From: an uncultured virus (IMG/VR IMGVR_UViG_3300033141_004958)
Taxonomy: Duplodnaviria > Heunggongvirae > Uroviricota > Caudoviricetes
DNA length: 20,000 bases
IMG/VR virus record: IMGVR_UViG_3300033141_004958
Direction: 5' to 3' (one strand)
A model generated the notes under the pieces. That model was not told where the DNA came from. It saw only the letters and a list, made by a program, of their open reading frames with translations, and ran no database searches. This document shows positions 17,778 to 20,000 of this stretch, in pieces (the first letter of the stretch is position 1; each line of letters starts with the position of its first letter). The translations under genes were made by a program, and so were the position numbers.

Positions 17778-19688
17778 TTAATCTGTCACAATTTCTGAGA
17801 ATTCAATACCAGTTGCCGTGGCAATAAAAGTCAGATTGATTATCTTAATGGCATGAACTGGTTTAATATAAATATCTACAACTAATTCACCATTATCTAC
17901 GACGGATGCTGGATTATTTGTTTCATTACAAATAACATTATAGTCGGTGATTCCTCGCTTACCCTGAATTAATGATAGATAGTGATCTATTTGCGTTACC
18001 AGTCGGGAGCGAGTAAATACATCGTTTAGCAAAAATAGAAAATCTTCAGCAAAATCGCGAATGGATTTTTCTATTTCGATAAATAGACGTCGAATATTAA
18101 TCTCTCTGAAAGCACCATATGATGTTGACATTGTCCTAAAGCCATATATCATTACGCCCTTATCATTCTTAATAATAGGATTAATTCTATTTTGATATAG
18201 AGCATCACGTCTCGTTAGTTTAGGATTAACTTTAACATCTACTACATTTTCTATGATACCTCGAGGATTGCCCGCAGGTGCCCACCATAGAGATTCAAGT
18301 CTATCATTTTTAACATAAGCGCCGGCCACATAACCAGCAACAGGCACCCACTTATATTCATTTATATAGATATCATATATCTTAAAATAGTTACCATATA
18401 TGGCAGCATAATTTGAATTAATATTTAATGTATTAGATACATAATCGCTCATTGATGAAATTGGATATGCTGCTTCGGTATATGTTTTGGGCATCGACAA
18501 TATAACAAACATATCTTTTCTTTCTTCAGCGATTGACACCAATTGTTGTTTCATAACATCGGCCAATCCTGGATCAATTAAGAGATCTACATCAAAATCT
18601 TCATTATTTGCTATTTCAGAATCAGATACCGAAATCATATTCGCTGTTGGTAGTGTATTTCGGTCATCAAGGCCGCCGCCCAGAGCAGTTTTAGGGAATG
18701 ATACCGCATTTACACCAGTAGCAACATCATCACCTGCTATAAATACATTGATGTAGTTTGAACTATCATTAACTACATTCTTCGCAAATAAACTTTCGTT
18801 TCTCCAATCCTTTTCATTGGGATCTGTGGAGCATAGAAAATGCTCGGCTAAATTATCATTTTCATCGTATACCAAAAGAACAAATTGTGTTGTTGTTTCC
18901 GGACCTGGTTCCCTTGTATATTCACCTAATCGCGTAATATCAACATCATATGTAGAACTATTGATAACATCATCTTTTAGTAATGAACTACTAAGATCAC
19001 CGCTTGTTGACCAGGTATAAGTATTTCCATCGGTTCCTATTCCAGATGTTGATGCACTACCGGTATAGAAAGCTTCGCCTATTAATTTTTCATGTGCGGT
19101 GCTTGTAGCTTCTGATATCGACGTGCGAAGGGCATTCAATGTATCCCAATCTGTTTTGTTTATTCCCACAACGTCAATATCATTATAGAATGACCCGGTG
19201 CCTATGGCTGAGATATATAATAATTCTTCGACACCCGTCAAATCATCCATATCGGAATATTCTAGCGGAAAATCATCCGGTTCGATTAGGAGGTGGGTTC
19301 CGGCTACTGCACCCGCTGATGTTGGAACGGTTGTTGACCCGCTTGTATCAACAACCATGGTTGCGGCGCGGGCATTATCCCCTTCGCAACGGATGAAATA
19401 TAATGTATTACCGTGATTGAAATATCCCTTGGCCGAATAATATGAATTTGATGTAGTTTCAATAGAAGTGCCACCGCCGGCTGACGGCGACGCCGAATTC
19501 GTGGTTGTATCGGGTTTACCAAAGGTATCAACAAAATCTTGTTCATTAGTAACCAATGTTGCTTCATTGAGCGGTCCGCGTGTACTAACACCTATAATAC
19601 ACGCTGAAGTTGTACCTACTAACGGAACAACTTGCGATCTGTCCTTTTCTTTTATAATAATAGTAGGGCTTCGTTCCCCTTTTGCCAT
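17778..19688 (-). CDS. gp18: Tail sheath protein gp18
   Basis: SPTIIIKEKDRS, RGPLNE...FVDTFGKP, NSNYAAIYGNY, WVPVAGYVAG, WWAPAGNPRG, RDALYQNRINPI, FREINIRRLF, YNVICNETNN, IYIKP; AGGAGG 6 nt before ATG 19688. Confidence 0.97.
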   Translation of the reverse strand: MAKGERSPTIIIKEKDRSQVVPLVGTTSACIIGVSTRGPLNEATLVTNEQDFVDTFGKPDTTTNSASPSAGGGTSIETTSNSYYSAKGYFNHGNTLYFIRCEGDNARAATMVVDTSGSTTVPTSAGAVAGTHLLIEPDDFPLEYSDMDDLTGVEELLYISAIGTGSFYNDIDVVGINKTDWDTLNALRTSISEATSTAHEKLIGEAFYTGSASTSGIGTDGNTYTWSTSGDLSSSLLKDDVINSSTYDVDITRLGEYTREPGPETTTQFVLLVYDENDNLAEHFLCSTDPNEKDWRNESLFAKNVVNDSSNYINVFIAGDDVATGVNAVSFPKTALGGGLDDRNTLPTANMISVSDSEIANNEDFDVDLLIDPGLADVMKQQLVSIAEERKDMFVILSMPKTYTEAAYPISSMSDYVSNTLNINSNYAAIYGNYFKIYDIYINEYKWVPVAGYVAGAYVKNDRLESLWWAPAGNPRGIIENVVDVKVNPKLTRRDALYQNRINPIIKNDKGVMIYGFRTMSTSYGAFREINIRRLFIEIEKSIRDFAEDFLFLLNDVFTRSRLVTQIDHYLSLIQGKRGITDYNVICNETNNPASVVDNGELVVDIYIKPVHAIKIINLTFIATATGIEFSEIVTD

Positions 19689-19694
19689 CACTGT

Positions 19695-19700
19695 CCTCCT
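19695..19700 (-). promoter_or_regulatory. Shine-Dalgarno of the tail sheath gene (AGGAGG)
   Basis: Plus-strand cctcct at 19695-19700, 6 nt from ATG 19688. Confidence 0.9.
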
Positions 19701-19836
19701 CGTATAGCAATTACAGCATTTGGAGTCTTAAGCAGTAAATGATATTGGGCTTTCAAATAATAGGTCTGGTTTCATATATACACCCCATATCATTATTATA
19801 TATAAGAAAACAGACTCATTTACTATAATAATTAAC

Positions 19837-19844
19837 TATTTATA
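19837..19844 (-). promoter_or_regulatory. T4-type late promoter TATAAATA (gp55 sigma-dependent)
   Basis: Exact consensus (plus-strand tatttata) immediately downstream of a terminator and upstream of the structural operon. The AT-rich context lowers specificity somewhat. Confidence 0.75.
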
Positions 19845-19877
19845 TAAAGAAAGGCGGTGGATATCCACCGCCTTTCT
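19845..19877 (-). terminator. Intrinsic (rho-independent) terminator, possibly bidirectional
   Basis: Perfect 30-bp palindrome AGAAAGGCGGTGG-ATAT-CCACCGCCTTTCT (19848-19877); on the minus strand the GC stem is followed by TTTCTTT, about 20 nt after the upstream stop. Confidence 0.92.
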
Positions 19878-19898
19878 AATAGAACTACTATGGATCTA

Positions 19899-20000
19899 TT
19901 AACCAATAGCAGTTGATCCTTCAGTGATATTGCTACCGCTGCTAACGTAAGGAACGGTTGTGCTACCACCAGTTGTCGTCCAAGTACCCATGCTACCACC
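19899..20000 (-). CDS. 3' end of an upstream gene, probably an abundant structural protein (identity not determinable)
   Basis: Open frame GGSMGTWTTTGGSTTVPYVSSGSNITEGSTAIG followed by TAA TAG and a strong terminator; only 33 codons visible. Confidence 0.7.
   Translation of the reverse strand, partial: GGSMGTWTTTGGSTTVPYVSSGSNITEGSTAIG

Noticed and set aside
7149..19688. Interpretation as a bacterial eCIS, tailocin or T6SS locus
   Set aside because: An intact T4-type portal, gp15, gp26/gp51 and a T4 late promoter point to a virus. No AAA+ ATPase, effector or membrane-complex genes are visible. It cannot be fully excluded without flanking sequence.
640..19707. All plus-strand ORFs in the track, plus the short minus-strand ORFs 6875-7111 and 19304-19591
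   Set aside because: They lie wholly or almost wholly within well-supported minus-strand genes, show no recognisable motifs, and look like antisense or off-frame shadows.
19899..20000. Calling the partial upstream gene the major capsid protein gp23
   Set aside because: The double stop and strong terminator fit an abundant gene, but the 33 visible residues contain no diagnostic motif.
1..20000. CRISPR array, tRNA, intron/intein, IS element or DGR repeats
   Set aside because: None seen by eye: the window is almost fully coding, portal, sheath and tube have normal lengths, and no long DNA repeats were evident.

Overview
AT-rich stretch of a tailed dsDNA virus of the T4 superfamily (myovirus). 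All genuine genes are on the minus strand and form one tightly packed late operon that starts after a strong intrinsic terminator and a perfect T4-type late promoter (TATAAATA). The order is: tail sheath gp18, tail tube gp19, gp26-like, gp51-like, tape-measure candidate, gp48-like, gp53, gp27-like hub, lysozyme-less gp5 spike, gp15, gp25, gp6, portal gp20, gp7/gpI-like N-half with lectin-like domains, and a >1168-aa ORF that runs off the left edge and was missed by the ORF track. Notable points: (1) a probable programmed +1/-2 frameshift (CGC TTT TTT CGT) fusing gp26 to gp51 at the lambda G/GT chaperone position; (2) T4-type proteins laid out in P2/Mu/pyocin-like order, with the portal inside the baseplate genes; (3) a gp7/gpI-like wedge protein apparently split over two large adhesin-like ORFs; (4) a ~140-nt leader of the sheath gene with competing helices. 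All family assignments come from motif recognition by eye, with no database search.
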